DNA of 64,000 bases from Shigella phage ESh27. Under the pieces are notes generated by a model. The model had not been told where the DNA came from. It did no database searches and saw only the letters and a list, made by a program, of their open reading frames with translations. The DNA is taken from sequence record ON528737. One strand, written 5' to 3'. Shown in pieces: positions 8,654 to 18,394 of this stretch. The first letter of the stretch is position 1, and every line of letters starts with the position of its first letter. A program made the translations under genes and the position numbers.

Positions 8654-11600
8654 TTATTCAACCCATATAAATTTAACGGTTTTGTTAACCGGGTCTGGAA
8701 CAATTCTCACATTTCCTAATTGTAAGAAGTCTCGAACAGTAAGGTTTCCAATAACAGCATTATCAGATGGGATAGCACCGACATCGCTAGGTGAAGGCGG
8801 GTTGCCACTATCAAATACCATTGCAAATGAAGTCCAAGCATCTTTATTTTTCTGCCAGGTACGAGTATAACGAATACTACCACCATTTGCACCTGTAGGA
8901 TAACAAATCCAATCCTGATAAAGCGAATCTAAGCTATTACCAAATTGAGTCAAAGTACCAGGATATTTAATTTCTTGGTCACGGTTACCTTTGTTATCAC
9001 GCGTCCAATATCCAGGGAATTGGCTATATACGGCAGAATCGTTAATGTCAATAGACCAAAAACCTACAGTAGAAGCTGTTGGTTTATCGGTATAAACCGT
9101 AGCAGTTTTAACGCCGTTAGAAATAATCCTGTTATTTACAGTTAACCCACCAGTAGTTATTGTTGCACCACTTGTGATTTGAACACCATTGTCAAGACGA
9201 ACTAATCCTGTGGCATTGTTAATCGTGATCGGGCGTAAGTTATTAAACGTCCCGGTCTGGTCACCTGAGTTAGTTAATGCAATATAAGAACTGTTACCGG
9301 CATTATAAAGCATAACACCATAGTTACCGTTAATAGCTCTGAATGCAATAGGAGAACTAGAAACAATTTCGCCTGTAGCACTAATAGGCCCGGTAAAGGT
9401 AGAAACACCTGTAACATTTAATCCATTTGTAGAAACAATGCCTGTTGAATAAAGTGTTCCATTAATATTAAACGATACTTTATTATCAGAAGCGCGCTGA
9501 GAATAGAAATGGTATCCTGTTTCGTCACCAGCTTCAAATATTGTATCACGGGCACCATCTGTAGCGCTATTACCCCATGCTCTAACAACGAAATTCTCTT
9601 TATTACTAAGAGATTGGGTTCCTTTAGTGAAAACTATTTCAGAACCGCTAGAGTCATTAAGAGTTAATCTACGAGTAACAGATGCTTCGGACCCAAAAGA
9701 AGCAGTGCTTGTAGATACTAAAGGAGCACTCAGGTTGGTCTGTTTAGTAAGACTTAAAGAACCATTAACCGTCTGGTCGATGTCTCTACGGATGAACTGA
9801 AGAGAATCTAGACCATCTAACAGATTACTATCTACGGCTTTAGCTTTCAATGGCAAATAGTTAGCAAGTACACGGTTTAATTCATATGGAGATATAGCAT
9901 AGCTATTTTTTTCATATGATTCTAAAGGTTGTGTTGAACCAACTGTATCATTACCAACGAATGTAATTGAACCAGATGAAGTTTTAACAAAACCTCTTAT
10001 TGCAGTAGTAGCAGCCCATGTTGGTTCATTCTGGACAATCCATTTTAAATTCTTAGGAGATACAGCAGTATTAGCAGAAGTTCCTGTTACAGTTTCAGCC
10101 TGAGTAGCAACCTTAATCACGCCTTCAGAAGTTTCAGTGGACTTAGTCCCTAAAAGCTTTTTAGGAGTAATAAGAACATCATCTAAAGTTCCTGCATTAG
10201 ATTCAGCTTGGGTCGCTACACGAAGTGTACCACGTTGTGTTTCATTTGCTTTAGAAATATCAAGAGTATAATGGTTCCACAAGGTTCCTTCTTCAATAAG
10301 TCCGGAATCAGAATTAACACTGGTACGGTCAGAAGAATCAAAATGAGTTTTAATTTTCAGTGGAGACGAGATACGAGTATCGTCAGTTCCAGTATCAAAT
10401 TCAACTTGCGTAGCAATTTCGGCTATGCCGGATAATCCTTCCGTAGCTTTCCTATCATTTAACGTCTTAGGCGTTACTGCTCTAGTATAATCAGTTCCAG
10501 TGTTAGTTTCTGCTTGCGTAGCAATTTCAATTAAACCAATACGCCCATCAGTAGAAGTTTTCTTATGCAGAGTTTCAGGAGTCACTACAGCATTAGCCCA
10601 ACCGGCTTGTGATTCGCCAGCGATAACTTCACTTTCAATAGCAAGAATTACTGCGCCCTGTTGAGTAGGGGTAGCTTTATACTGGTCAAGAGCCTTTGGA
10701 GAAATAGTTAAATTATCTACGGCTTTGTTATAAACGTTAGTCCCAGCATTACCACGAATAGTAGCAGCTGTAGTACCAGACGTAGATGTGTATTTTACAA
10801 TACCAGATAAAACTTCAGAACCTTGACGGGCATCCAATTTCTTAGGAGTAATAATAGTGGTATCATCTGTGCCAGCATTAGTTTCAGCCTGAGTTGCAAC
10901 TTCAGCAACACCTCTACGGGTTTCAGTTGCTGTACGTTCGTTCAATTTCTTAGGAGAAATAATCAAGTCGTCTTGGAATGCAAAATCAGTATTCTGGTTA
11001 ACTTGTGCAGTTGTTGCAATACGAGCAATACCACGACGAGTTTCAGTTGCTGTACGATTTGCTAATGTTTCCGGAGTAATAGCCAGTTCTTTACCAGGAG
11101 CATTTTCTAAATCAACATTTGCTTGCGCTTGAGAAGCAAGAGCAATAACACCTAAACGAGCTCGAGTGGTATTGCTCGATGCATCGACTCGTTCGACGGT
11201 TACGGTGTTTTGTTGAACTACCCAATATTTTGTTTCAGATGAATAATCTTCTATATAAGCTAACTCAAGTACAGGTACATACGAAGTATCACCATTAAAT
11301 TCCAACTCACTAACAGAAACCCATTGTGCATCAGGTGGATACTCCGAACGTTTTGGGAACTGTAATAAAGAAATACTGCTAGCAATTGTATCGCCTTCAG
11401 CAGCTTTAATTTTTACAGTTTGCCCTTTACGCATATAATTCAACGATATTTTAACAGTATCGCCAGACAAAATATCTGTAGGCAAAGTAAGATTTACCGT
11501 CGAGATTGTATCATTATTAGTTCCAAAAACAAGAACTTCTTCATTAGGGTGTAAATCAGTATCATTACGAACTATACGTAAACGAGATTTCTGGTCACCT

Positions 11601-12487
11601 TCCCAAACACGCCATAAGCTATTAGCAGAATCATAAACAAAGAATGCTTCCGCAGTATTACGTCCTTCTGCTACATGAACACCAGCTTCTCGTATAGAAG
11701 TTGTATCATCGTAAGTTTTGACAATTGTGTGATATAATGGGTTTAATTTGTCTAAATCAACTAAATTAATAATATCGCCATTATTAGCATTACGAGGCAA
11801 TGTAATATTAATAGGAGCGGCTGATGTAAAACGTCGAATGATAAAATCATTAGGTTGCGCCTGATATGGCTTAGCAGGAGTTACTGTGACTGCATTACGT
11901 TCGTAATCAGAAACATACATTTGCCATAGGCGGTTGCTAAAAATGAAGACCATTTTAGATTTTGGGTGCGTCATTAAAACTGAACGAACCTGTTGTCCTC
12001 TAAAGTTTACAATACTTTGAGCCTCTGCAGTAATTTGAACTTTTACATAGCCTACTCTACCGCCAATATCAGACAAAATAACTGTATCGCCATCTAAAGG
12101 ATTTTGAGGCAAAGTGAAATTAATATCAGTGCCAGCTGAAGTATCAACCGCGATAGAGTTACCTACTGATAATTGGAAATCTCCGCCTTGAACTGTAATC
12201 CATTCTGCATCTGTACGAGTTGCCTTCCATTTAGCCAAAGAGAAAGGGCCCGCCGGAGCTGGAATATCGTTTAAAGCTTGATAAAAACGATTATCATAAA
12301 GAACAATAAAATCTTTTGTATACGCGCGCGTCTCGTCATAATTCTGTACGGTGTTTTCTTGCACCAAAAAGTCAACGTTCACGCCATCGGTGCCAACTGT
12401 GCGGTCAGCAAGCGCAACGTTAACTATCTTATCACCGCCTGCGTCAAGACCATCTTCGGCCCTGAACTTACGTTTGATGTCAACCAT
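8654..12487 (-). CDS. 34: gp34 long tail fibre proximal subunit
   Basis: 1277 aa (T4 1289 aa); repeated ..ATQAETN.GTDD..ITPKKL.. units; AAGAGGA SD and TATAAATA late promoter upstream. Confidence 0.92.
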   Translation of the reverse strand: MVDIKRKFRAEDGLDAGGDKIVNVALADRTVGTDGVNVDFLVQENTVQNYDETRAYTKDFIVLYDNRFYQALNDIPAPAGPFSLAKWKATRTDAEWITVQGGDFQLSVGNSIAVDTSAGTDINFTLPQNPLDGDTVILSDIGGRVGYVKVQITAEAQSIVNFRGQQVRSVLMTHPKSKMVFIFSNRLWQMYVSDYERNAVTVTPAKPYQAQPNDFIIRRFTSAAPINITLPRNANNGDIINLVDLDKLNPLYHTIVKTYDDTTSIREAGVHVAEGRNTAEAFFVYDSANSLWRVWEGDQKSRLRIVRNDTDLHPNEEVLVFGTNNDTISTVNLTLPTDILSGDTVKISLNYMRKGQTVKIKAAEGDTIASSISLLQFPKRSEYPPDAQWVSVSELEFNGDTSYVPVLELAYIEDYSSETKYWVVQQNTVTVERVDASSNTTRARLGVIALASQAQANVDLENAPGKELAITPETLANRTATETRRGIARIATTAQVNQNTDFAFQDDLIISPKKLNERTATETRRGVAEVATQAETNAGTDDTTIITPKKLDARQGSEVLSGIVKYTSTSGTTAATIRGNAGTNVYNKAVDNLTISPKALDQYKATPTQQGAVILAIESEVIAGESQAGWANAVVTPETLHKKTSTDGRIGLIEIATQAETNTGTDYTRAVTPKTLNDRKATEGLSGIAEIATQVEFDTGTDDTRISSPLKIKTHFDSSDRTSVNSDSGLIEEGTLWNHYTLDISKANETQRGTLRVATQAESNAGTLDDVLITPKKLLGTKSTETSEGVIKVATQAETVTGTSANTAVSPKNLKWIVQNEPTWAATTAIRGFVKTSSGSITFVGNDTVGSTQPLESYEKNSYAISPYELNRVLANYLPLKAKAVDSNLLDGLDSLQFIRRDIDQTVNGSLSLTKQTNLSAPLVSTSTASFGSEASVTRRLTLNDSSGSEIVFTKGTQSLSNKENFVVRAWGNSATDGARDTIFEAGDETGYHFYSQRASDNKVSFNINGTLYSTGIVSTNGLNVTGVSTFTGPISATGEIVSSSPIAFRAINGNYGVMLYNAGNSSYIALTNSGDQTGTFNNLRPITINNATGLVRLDNGVQITSGATITTGGLTVNNRIISNGVKTATVYTDKPTASTVGFWSIDINDSAVYSQFPGYWTRDNKGNRDQEIKYPGTLTQFGNSLDSLYQDWICYPTGANGGSIRYTRTWQKNKDAWTSFAMVFDSGNPPSPSDVGAIPSDNAVIGNLTVRDFLQLGNVRIVPDPVNKTVKFIWVE
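10040..11170 (-). repeat. intragenic tandem repeat units within gene 34
   Basis: Recurrent ~40-aa units (..TETRRG.A.VATQAETN.GTDD..ITPKKL..); DNA repeats e.g. GTTTCAGTTGCTGTACG at ~10920 and ~11042. Confidence 0.7.
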
Positions 12488-12521
12488 GGTAGTCCTCTTA
12501 TCATTATGTGTTCTATTTTAC

Positions 12522-12529
12522 TATTTATA
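12522..12529 (-). promoter_or_regulatory. late promoter TATAAATA (gene 34)
   Basis: Reverse-strand TATAAATA ~35 nt upstream of AAGAGGA SD and gene 34 ATG. Confidence 0.6.
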
Positions 12530-12544
12530 AATGAGTAAAAGACT

Positions 12545-12574
12545 ATTTACGCTTTCGAACTAGTATGTTACTAT
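12545..12574 (+). promoter_or_regulatory. early sigma70-type promoter (rnh)
   Basis: -35 ATTTAC, 18-nt spacer, -10 TACTAT inside conserved TGTTACTATAG block. Confidence 0.4.
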
Positions 12575-12607
12575 AGTCCAAGTTGACTAACTGAACAAGA
12601 GGTTCAT

Positions 12608-13525
12608 ATGGATTTAGAAATGATGTTGGATGAGGATTACAAAGAAGGTATTGCACTTGCAGACTTTAGTAACATTGCATTAGCAGCTGCATTAAACAAC
12701 TTTGAAGACGGTGATAAAATTACTGTTCCGATGGTTCGCCATGTAATCTTGAATTCAATTCGTAAAAACGTAGTGATGTTCCGTAAGCAAGGTTATACAA
12801 AATTTGTATTGTGCATGGATAACGCTACTTCCGGGTATTGGCGACGCGACTTTGCTTACTATTACAAGAAAAATCGTAAAACTGATCGTGAAGCTTCAAA
12901 GTGGGATTGGGAAGGATATTTTACTGCACTCCATCAAGTCGTTGATGAGATTAAGAAATATATGCCATACGTTGTAATGGATATTGACAAATACGAAGCG
13001 GATGACCATATCGGTGTATTAACTAAATATTTGTCATTAGCTGGTCATAAGGTGTGTATTGTTGCATCAGATGGTGACTTTACACAATTACACAAATACC
13101 CTAACGTTAAACAGTGGTCGCCACCGCAGAAAAAATGGGTTAAAATTAAGAATGGTTCTGCCGAAATTGATTGCATGACTAAAATTCTTAAAGGCGACCG
13201 TAAAGATGGTGTTGCGTCTGTTCGAGTTCGTGGTGATTTCTGGTTTACTCGAGTTGAAGGCGAACGAACTCCGAGTATGAAAACAACGATTATTGAAGCA
13301 ATTGCTAATGACCGTTCTCAAGCTGAAGTATTATTAAGTGCAGAAGAATATAAACGGTATCAAGAAAATTTGGTTCTCATTGATTTTGATTATATCCCTG
13401 ATAATATTGCTTCAACCATTATAGAGTATTATAACTCATATAAACAACAACCTAAAGGCAAGATTTATTCATACTTTGTAAAATCCGGCCTTTCTAAATT
13501 AACAAGTGTAATTAACGAATTCTGA
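12608..13525 (+). CDS. rnh: RNase H (5'-3' exonuclease / flap endonuclease)
   Basis: 305 aa; MDLEMMLDEDYKEG..., DNATSGYWRRDFAYYYKKNR, YEADDHI, SDGDFTQLHKYPNVKQWSP motifs match T4 RNase H. Confidence 0.93.
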   Translation: MDLEMMLDEDYKEGIALADFSNIALAAALNNFEDGDKITVPMVRHVILNSIRKNVVMFRKQGYTKFVLCMDNATSGYWRRDFAYYYKKNRKTDREASKWDWEGYFTALHQVVDEIKKYMPYVVMDIDKYEADDHIGVLTKYLSLAGHKVCIVASDGDFTQLHKYPNVKQWSPPQKKWVKIKNGSAEIDCMTKILKGDRKDGVASVRVRGDFWFTRVEGERTPSMKTTIIEAIANDRSQAEVLLSAEEYKRYQENLVLIDFDYIPDNIASTIIEYYNSYKQQPKGKIYSYFVKSGLSKLTSVINEF

Positions 13526-13532
13526 GGTAAAC

Positions 13533-13802
13533 ATGGCTAAGAAAGAAGCAGTTGAATTTAATCAAGATGTGCATGGTGAAGAACTGGCTAAACTAGTCAA
13601 GGAAGCTTCCGATAACAAACTTAAAATTTCTGGTTATAATGAACTGATTAAAGACATTCGTACTCGTGCTAAAGAAGAGCTTGGCGTTGATGGAAAAATG
13701 TTTAATCGTTTGTTAGCTCTTTATCATAAAGATGCTCGTGACCAATTTGAAGCTGAAAACGAAGAGGTAGTCGAGCTTTATGACACAGTTTTCACTAAGT
13801 GA
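13533..13802 (+). CDS. dsbA: dsDNA-binding protein DsbA (late transcription enhancer)
   Basis: 89 aa, size and position between rnh and 33 as in T4. Confidence 0.8.
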   Translation: MAKKEAVEFNQDVHGEELAKLVKEASDNKLKISGYNELIKDIRTRAKEELGVDGKMFNRLLALYHKDARDQFEAENEEVVELYDTVFTK

Positions 13803-14118
13803 TATTAAACCGGTTGATGAGGCCGGTTTATCTGAACAAGAGTTAGCAGTAAAACACGATAAAGATGATATCGCTAAATTGCTTGACCGTCAAGAAAACG
13901 GATTCATTATCGAATCCATGGTTGAACAATTTGGTATGTCTTATTTAGAAGCAACAACTGCTTTCTTGGAAGAAAATTCTATTCCAGAAACACAATTTGC
14001 TAAATTTATTCCTACAGGAATTGTTGAAAAAATTACAAGTGAAGCAATTGACGAAAACATGCTTCGCCCATCAGTTGCTCGTGGTGAAAAAACTAATACG
14101 TTAGATTTCTTATTATGA
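13780..14118 (+). CDS. 33: gp33 late-promoter transcription co-activator
   Basis: 112 aa (T4 gp33 112 aa); synteny dsbA-33-59-32. Confidence 0.85.
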   Translation: MTQFSLSDIKPVDEAGLSEQELAVKHDKDDIAKLLDRQENGFIIESMVEQFGMSYLEATTAFLEENSIPETQFAKFIPTGIVEKITSEAIDENMLRPSVARGEKTNTLDFLL

Positions 14119-14768
14119 TTAAAATACGCATGCCTCCTGATGGAGAACGTTATATTAATGGAAAATCGGTATACAAACTATACTTGATGTGCAAACAACA
14201 TTTTAATGGTCGGTATGACGTAATCAAATATAACTGGTGCATGCGTGTTTCGGATAATGCGTATCAAAAACGCCGAGATAAATATTTCTTTGAGAAACTA
14301 GCAGAGAAATATAAGTTAAAGGAACTCACTTTGATATTCATCAGTAACTTAGTTGCTAACCAAGATGCATGGATTGGTGAGATATCAGACGCTGATGCAT
14401 TAGTTTTCTATAGGGAATATATTGGACGTCTCAAACAGGCCAAGGAGACATTTGCTGAAGATGTACGTAACATCTACTATTTCAGTAAGAAAGTGGAAGT
14501 TAGTGCGCTTCAAGAGATATTTGATTATAATAATAAAGTTCAGTCGAGCTACATATTTAAATTGCTACAAAGCAATATAATTTCGTTTGAAACCTTCTTG
14601 TTGTTGGATTCATTCTTGAATATTATAGATAAGCATGACGAACTTACTGACAATTTAGTCTGGCAAAATTATTCTACCAAATTAAAGGCATATCGAAAAA
14701 TACTTCAAATCGATGGAAATGCTGCTAAGAAATTGTTCATAGAAACAATCAAATCATGTAAGTATTAA
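14115..14768 (+). CDS. 59: gp59 helicase loader
   Basis: 217 aa (T4 gp59 217 aa); immediately upstream of gene 32. Confidence 0.88.
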   Translation: MIKIRMPPDGERYINGKSVYKLYLMCKQHFNGRYDVIKYNWCMRVSDNAYQKRRDKYFFEKLAEKYKLKELTLIFISNLVANQDAWIGEISDADALVFYREYIGRLKQAKETFAEDVRNIYYFSKKVEVSALQEIFDYNNKVQSSYIFKLLQSNIISFETFLLLDSFLNIIDKHDELTDNLVWQNYSTKLKAYRKILQIDGNAAKKLFIETIKSCKY

Positions 14769-14797
14769 GCTTTATTTCTTGTGTGTTAAAATTACTT

Positions 14798-14805
14798 TAT
14801 AAATA
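14798..14805 (+). promoter_or_regulatory. late promoter TATAAATA (gene 32)
   Basis: Exact TATAAATA about 80 nt upstream of gene 32 ATG. Confidence 0.5.
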
Positions 14806-14815
14806 AATCATACCA

Positions 14816-14884
14816 GCTACGAGGTATAAGTGTCGTAGCAACCAACTGTAAATAAATTAAATAATCTAAATAAAGGTAAATATA
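14816..14884 (+). promoter_or_regulatory. gene 32 translational operator (hairpin/pseudoknot stem plus AU-rich unstructured leader)
   Basis: Stem GCTACGA(14816-22)/TCGTAGC(14833-39) followed by UAAAUAAAUUAAAUAAUCUAAAUAAAGG to the ATG; matches the known gp32 autoregulation layout. Confidence 0.65.
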
Positions 14885-15787
14885 ATGTTTAAACGTAAAT
14901 CTACTGCTGACCTCGCTGCTCAAATGGCTAAACTGAACGGTAACAAAGGTTTCTCTTCAGAAGATAAAGGCGAATGGAAGCTGAAGCTAGATGCATCAGG
15001 TAATGGTCAAGCGGTAATTCGTTTCTTGCCAGCAAAAACTGATGACGCACTACCATTTGCAATTCTTGTTAACCACGGTTTCAAGAAAAATGGTAAATGG
15101 TATATTGAAAATTGCTCTTCTACACATGGTGATTACGACTCTTGTCCTGTATGTCAGTACATTAGTAAAAATGACCTGTACAATACCAACAAAACTGAAT
15201 ATTCTCAACTGAAACGTAAAACTTCTTATTGGGCTAATATTCTGGTTGTTAAAGACCCTCAAGCTCCAGATAACGAAGGTAAAGTATTTAAATATCGTTT
15301 CGGTAAAAAGATTTGGGACAAAATCAATGCAATGATTGCAGTTGATACCGAAATGGGTGAAACTCCAGTTGATGTTACTTGCCCGTTTGAAGGTGCTAAC
15401 TTCGTTCTGAAAGCTAAGCAGGTTTCTGGTTTTAGCAACTATGATGAATCTAAATTCTTGGGTCAATCTGAAATTCCTCGTATTAATGACGAAGCATTCC
15501 AGAAAGAACTGTATGACCAGATGGTAGACCTTACTACTTTGACGGCTAAAGACCAGTTCAAATCCTTCGAAAAATTAAATGAATCTTTCGCTAAGGTTCT
15601 TGGTACTGCGGCTCTTGGTGGTGCAGCAGCCGCAGCAGCTTCTGTTGCAGATAAAGTTGCTTCTGACCTTGATGATTTTGATAAAGACATGGAAGCCTTT
15701 AGTTCTGCAAAAACTGAAGATGACTTCATGAGCTCTACCTCATCCTCTGATGATGGCGACCTTGATGACCTGTTAGCTGGTCTATAA
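14885..15787 (+). CDS. 32: gp32 single-stranded DNA-binding protein
   Basis: 300 aa; [35 protein letters not shown], Zn motif region HGDYDS.P.CQY, acidic C-terminus; matches T4 gp32. Confidence 0.96.
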   Translation: MFKRKSTADLAAQMAKLNGNKGFSSEDKGEWKLKLDASGNGQAVIRFLPAKTDDALPFAILVNHGFKKNGKWYIENCSSTHGDYDSCPVCQYISKNDLYNTNKTEYSQLKRKTSYWANILVVKDPQAPDNEGKVFKYRFGKKIWDKINAMIAVDTEMGETPVDVTCPFEGANFVLKAKQVSGFSNYDESKFLGQSEIPRINDEAFQKELYDQMVDLTTLTAKDQFKSFEKLNESFAKVLGTAALGGAAAAAASVADKVASDLDDFDKDMEAFSSAKTEDDFMSSTSSSDDGDLDDLLAGL

Positions 15788-15793
15788 TAAATC

Positions 15794-15815
15794 GGGAGAC
15801 TTCGGTCTCCCTTTT
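15794..15815 (+). terminator. rho-independent terminator after gene 32
   Basis: GGGAGAC-TTCG-GTCTCCC hairpin followed by TTTTG. Confidence 0.7.
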
Positions 15816-15842
15816 GAGTATCTGTAAATTACCGAAAAGGTT

Positions 15843-15871
15843 GTTTACTTCTTCCCTGGATGTGTTAGTAT
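15843..15871 (+). promoter_or_regulatory. early sigma70-type promoter
   Basis: -35 GTTTAC, 17-nt spacer ending GATGTGT, -10 TAGTAT; GAGGAAA leader follows. Confidence 0.55.
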
Positions 15872-15900
15872 AGACTTATCAACAACATGAGGAAATCAAA

Positions 15901-16293
15901 ATGGAAATCGGAAAATCTTATATCATTAACCCTTTATTTAAAGACGACTTTGTTCAAGAAGCACCACACAATAACGCTAAGATGTTAAAATTGATTGAAC
16001 TCCATGGGCCTAGTTTTGTTGTAAACGGAATGGAACCTGATTATGATAGCGATACGCCAAACGTAGTAAGTGTAACTATGGAAGATGGTACTGTATGTTC
16101 TGCCGCTGGTGAAATTGAAACTTATTTTGAGATTTATCCTGACGAGTTCAAATACTTTACTGAGGTAGATTTAGTAAAGCCTCAACCTACTAACGAAGGT
16201 ATAACTTTAGGTGTAACAAAAATCCATTGTATCGTAGATGAAACCAACGTCGACGAAATCATCGAACTTTTGCAAAAAACTTTTAAAAAGTAG
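15901..16293 (+). CDS. hypothetical protein (130 aa; frd-upstream accessory ORF)
   Basis: ORF track; own early promoter at 15843-15871 and purine-rich leader. Confidence 0.5.
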   Translation: MEIGKSYIINPLFKDDFVQEAPHNNAKMLKLIELHGPSFVVNGMEPDYDSDTPNVVSVTMEDGTVCSAAGEIETYFEIYPDEFKYFTEVDLVKPQPTNEGITLGVTKIHCIVDETNVDEIIELLQKTFKK

Positions 16294-16355
16294 TGTATAA
16301 TCAGATAGGGTTATGTTATAGTAGCCCTATCAAATCAAAAGTGAAGGAGAATAAA

Positions 16356-16604
16356 ATGAGATTACAACGTCAGAGCATCAAAGATTCTGAAGTTAAAGGT
16401 AAATGGTATTTCAACATCGTTGGTAAAGACGCTGAACTCCTTGAACAAGCTGAAGAAGCTTTACGTGAAATGGGTTGGAATGAAGAATGTGATGGATGTC
16501 CACTCTACGAAGACGGCGAAAGTGCAGGATTCTGGATTCACCACTCTGACGTTGAATCGTTTAAAGCCGATTGGAAAGTTGTTAAGAAAAATCTGAGGAA
16601 ATAA
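16356..16604 (+). CDS. hypothetical protein (82 aa)
   Basis: ATG 16356 preceded by GAAGGAGA SD; the track's longer start at 16293 lacks an SD. Confidence 0.45.
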   Translation: MRLQRQSIKDSEVKGKWYFNIVGKDAELLEQAEEALREMGWNEECDGCPLYEDGESAGFWIHHSDVESFKADWKVVKKNLRK

Positions 16605-16606
16605 AA

Positions 16607-17194
16607 ATGCTTAAATTAGTATTCGCGTGTGCTCCGACTAAAACAGTTGATGATAAACTGGAATATGCTTTTGGATTAGGTGATGGGCTGCCATGGAAGC
16701 ATATCAAACAAGATATGAGTAACTTTGTTGCTCGCACTAAAAACACTGTAATGGTTATGGGTGCTAAGACTTTTGCATCATTACCTCGTCTACTCCCAGA
16801 TCGTACTCATGTGGTTGTCACTGATATGGCCAGAAAACTGCCTAGGACTAAAACTGATGAACTTGCACGGTTCTATATCACCCAAGCAGAATTTATTACC
16901 TTGGTAATGGGTAGTGAAATTAACTTGTTAAGCCCTTCAACCGACGTACCGTTTAAACTTTCTACTGAACATGTCGATGTCTCGGTTATCGGCGGTCCTG
17001 CTCTACTTAAACAAGCATTGCCTTATGCTGATGAAATTGTTATGACTAAAATCATTAAGAAATGTCGTGTTAATTCAGACGTTCAACTTGATAAAGATTT
17101 CATCCAAGATATTATGCTTCAACGTTCTATGGTAGAATCTCATTACTACAGAATCGATGAACTCACCGAAATTACTGAGAGCGTATATAAATGA
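16607..17194 (+). CDS. frd: dihydrofolate reductase
   Basis: 195 aa; position directly upstream of td with ATGA overlap; T4 frd is 193 aa. Confidence 0.9.
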   Translation: MLKLVFACAPTKTVDDKLEYAFGLGDGLPWKHIKQDMSNFVARTKNTVMVMGAKTFASLPRLLPDRTHVVVTDMARKLPRTKTDELARFYITQAEFITLVMGSEINLLSPSTDVPFKLSTEHVDVSVIGGPALLKQALPYADEIVMTKIIKKCRVNSDVQLDKDFIQDIMLQRSMVESHYYRIDELTEITESVYK

Positions 17195-18051
17195 AACAAT
17201 ACCAATACCTGATTAATGATATCCTAGAAAATGGCTACGAAACAGACGACCGTACAGGCACAGGAACAATTGCCCTGTTCGGAACTAAATTACGTTGGGA
17301 TCTGACTAAAGGATTCCCTGCAGTAACAACTAAGAAATTAGCATGGAAAGCTTGTATTGCCGAGTTACTGTGGTTCATGTCAGGTTCTACTAATGTTAAT
17401 GAATTACGTCTTCGTACTCATGGTAGTCTAATTGAAGGTAAAACTATTTGGGACGATAATTACGAAAATCAGGCAAAAGACCTTGGTTATCATAGTGGTG
17501 AACTTGGTCCTATATATGGTAAACAATGGCGTGATTTCGGTGGTGTGGACCAATTAGTTGAAACAATCGACCGTATTAAAAAATTACCAACTGATCGCCG
17601 TCAAATTGTTTCTGCCTGGAATCCGGCCGAAATAAATCAAATGGCTCTTCCTCCTTGCCATATGTTCTATCAGTTCAATGTGCGTAATGGTCATCTTGAT
17701 TTACAATGGTATCAACGCAGTGTAGATGTTTTCTTGGGCCTGCCGTTCAACATTGCCTCGTACGCTGCCTTGACGCATATTGTGGCTAAGATGTGTAATC
17801 TTATCCCGGGTGATTTAGTGTTCTCAGGCGGCAATACGCATATCTACAGCAACCACGTAGAGCAATGCAAAGAAGTTTTACGTCGTGAACCTAAAGAGTT
17901 GTGTTCTCTTGAAATTAATTGGCCTAGTAATTTTGAGAATTGGCCTACAAAAATCCAAATGGACTGGGTTACTGGAACGATGACACATTCTGATTTCGTT
18001 CTTAAAAATTACGAATCACATCCAGCTATCAAAGCTAAAATGGCGGTATAA
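17191..18051 (+). CDS. td: thymidylate synthase (uninterrupted, no intron)
   Basis: 286 aa continuous ORF; TGTGT..FG, active-site PPCH, full-length ThyA architecture. Confidence 0.95.
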   Translation: MKQYQYLINDILENGYETDDRTGTGTIALFGTKLRWDLTKGFPAVTTKKLAWKACIAELLWFMSGSTNVNELRLRTHGSLIEGKTIWDDNYENQAKDLGYHSGELGPIYGKQWRDFGGVDQLVETIDRIKKLPTDRRQIVSAWNPAEINQMALPPCHMFYQFNVRNGHLDLQWYQRSVDVFLGLPFNIASYAALTHIVAKMCNLIPGDLVFSGGNTHIYSNHVEQCKEVLRREPKELCSLEINWPSNFENWPTKIQMDWVTGTMTHSDFVLKNYESHPAIKAKMAV

Positions 18052-18052
18052 A

Positions 18053-18307
18053 ATGATTTTACGTTTTATTAATTCATATGGCACCACAATTTTTGAAATG
18101 AAAAATCCAAGTGAACTGGATATCCCTTCACCAAATAGTGAAATCACAGTTAAAGGTGAACGATTCGTTTGTTATTCACATGAACGAATTTATGAATATC
18201 GTGAATTTTGTGGTGGATTCGGTATGGAAAAAGAACCATTGGTTTATTTCGATATCACGGTCTTGACTCCTAAAGAATACAAAGAAATTATTGCTAAGAA
18301 TAATTAA
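18053..18307 (+). CDS. hypothetical protein (84 aa)
   Basis: ORF track; between td and nrdA. Confidence 0.45.
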   Translation: MILRFINSYGTTIFEMKNPSELDIPSPNSEITVKGERFVCYSHERIYEYREFCGGFGMEKEPLVYFDITVLTPKEYKEIIAKNN

Positions 18308-18330
18308 CGCTTCAGTTTAAAAGTGTATAA
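18304..18330 (+). promoter_or_regulatory. possible middle promoter upstream of nrdA (imperfect MotA box)
   Basis: TAACGCTTCA (one mismatch to TGCTT core), 11-nt spacer, -10 TATAAT. Confidence 0.3.
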
Positions 18331-18394
18331 TAAATTAACGGGATAAATACTATCCCGTTTGGAGTAATGTCTATCAACCTATACCGAGGAATAT

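Noticed and set aside
17183-17190. TATAAATG immediately before the td start codon as a late promoter
   Set aside because: Not an exact TATAAATA and it abuts the ATG, leaving no room for a leader; coincidental AT-rich sequence at the frd/td junction.
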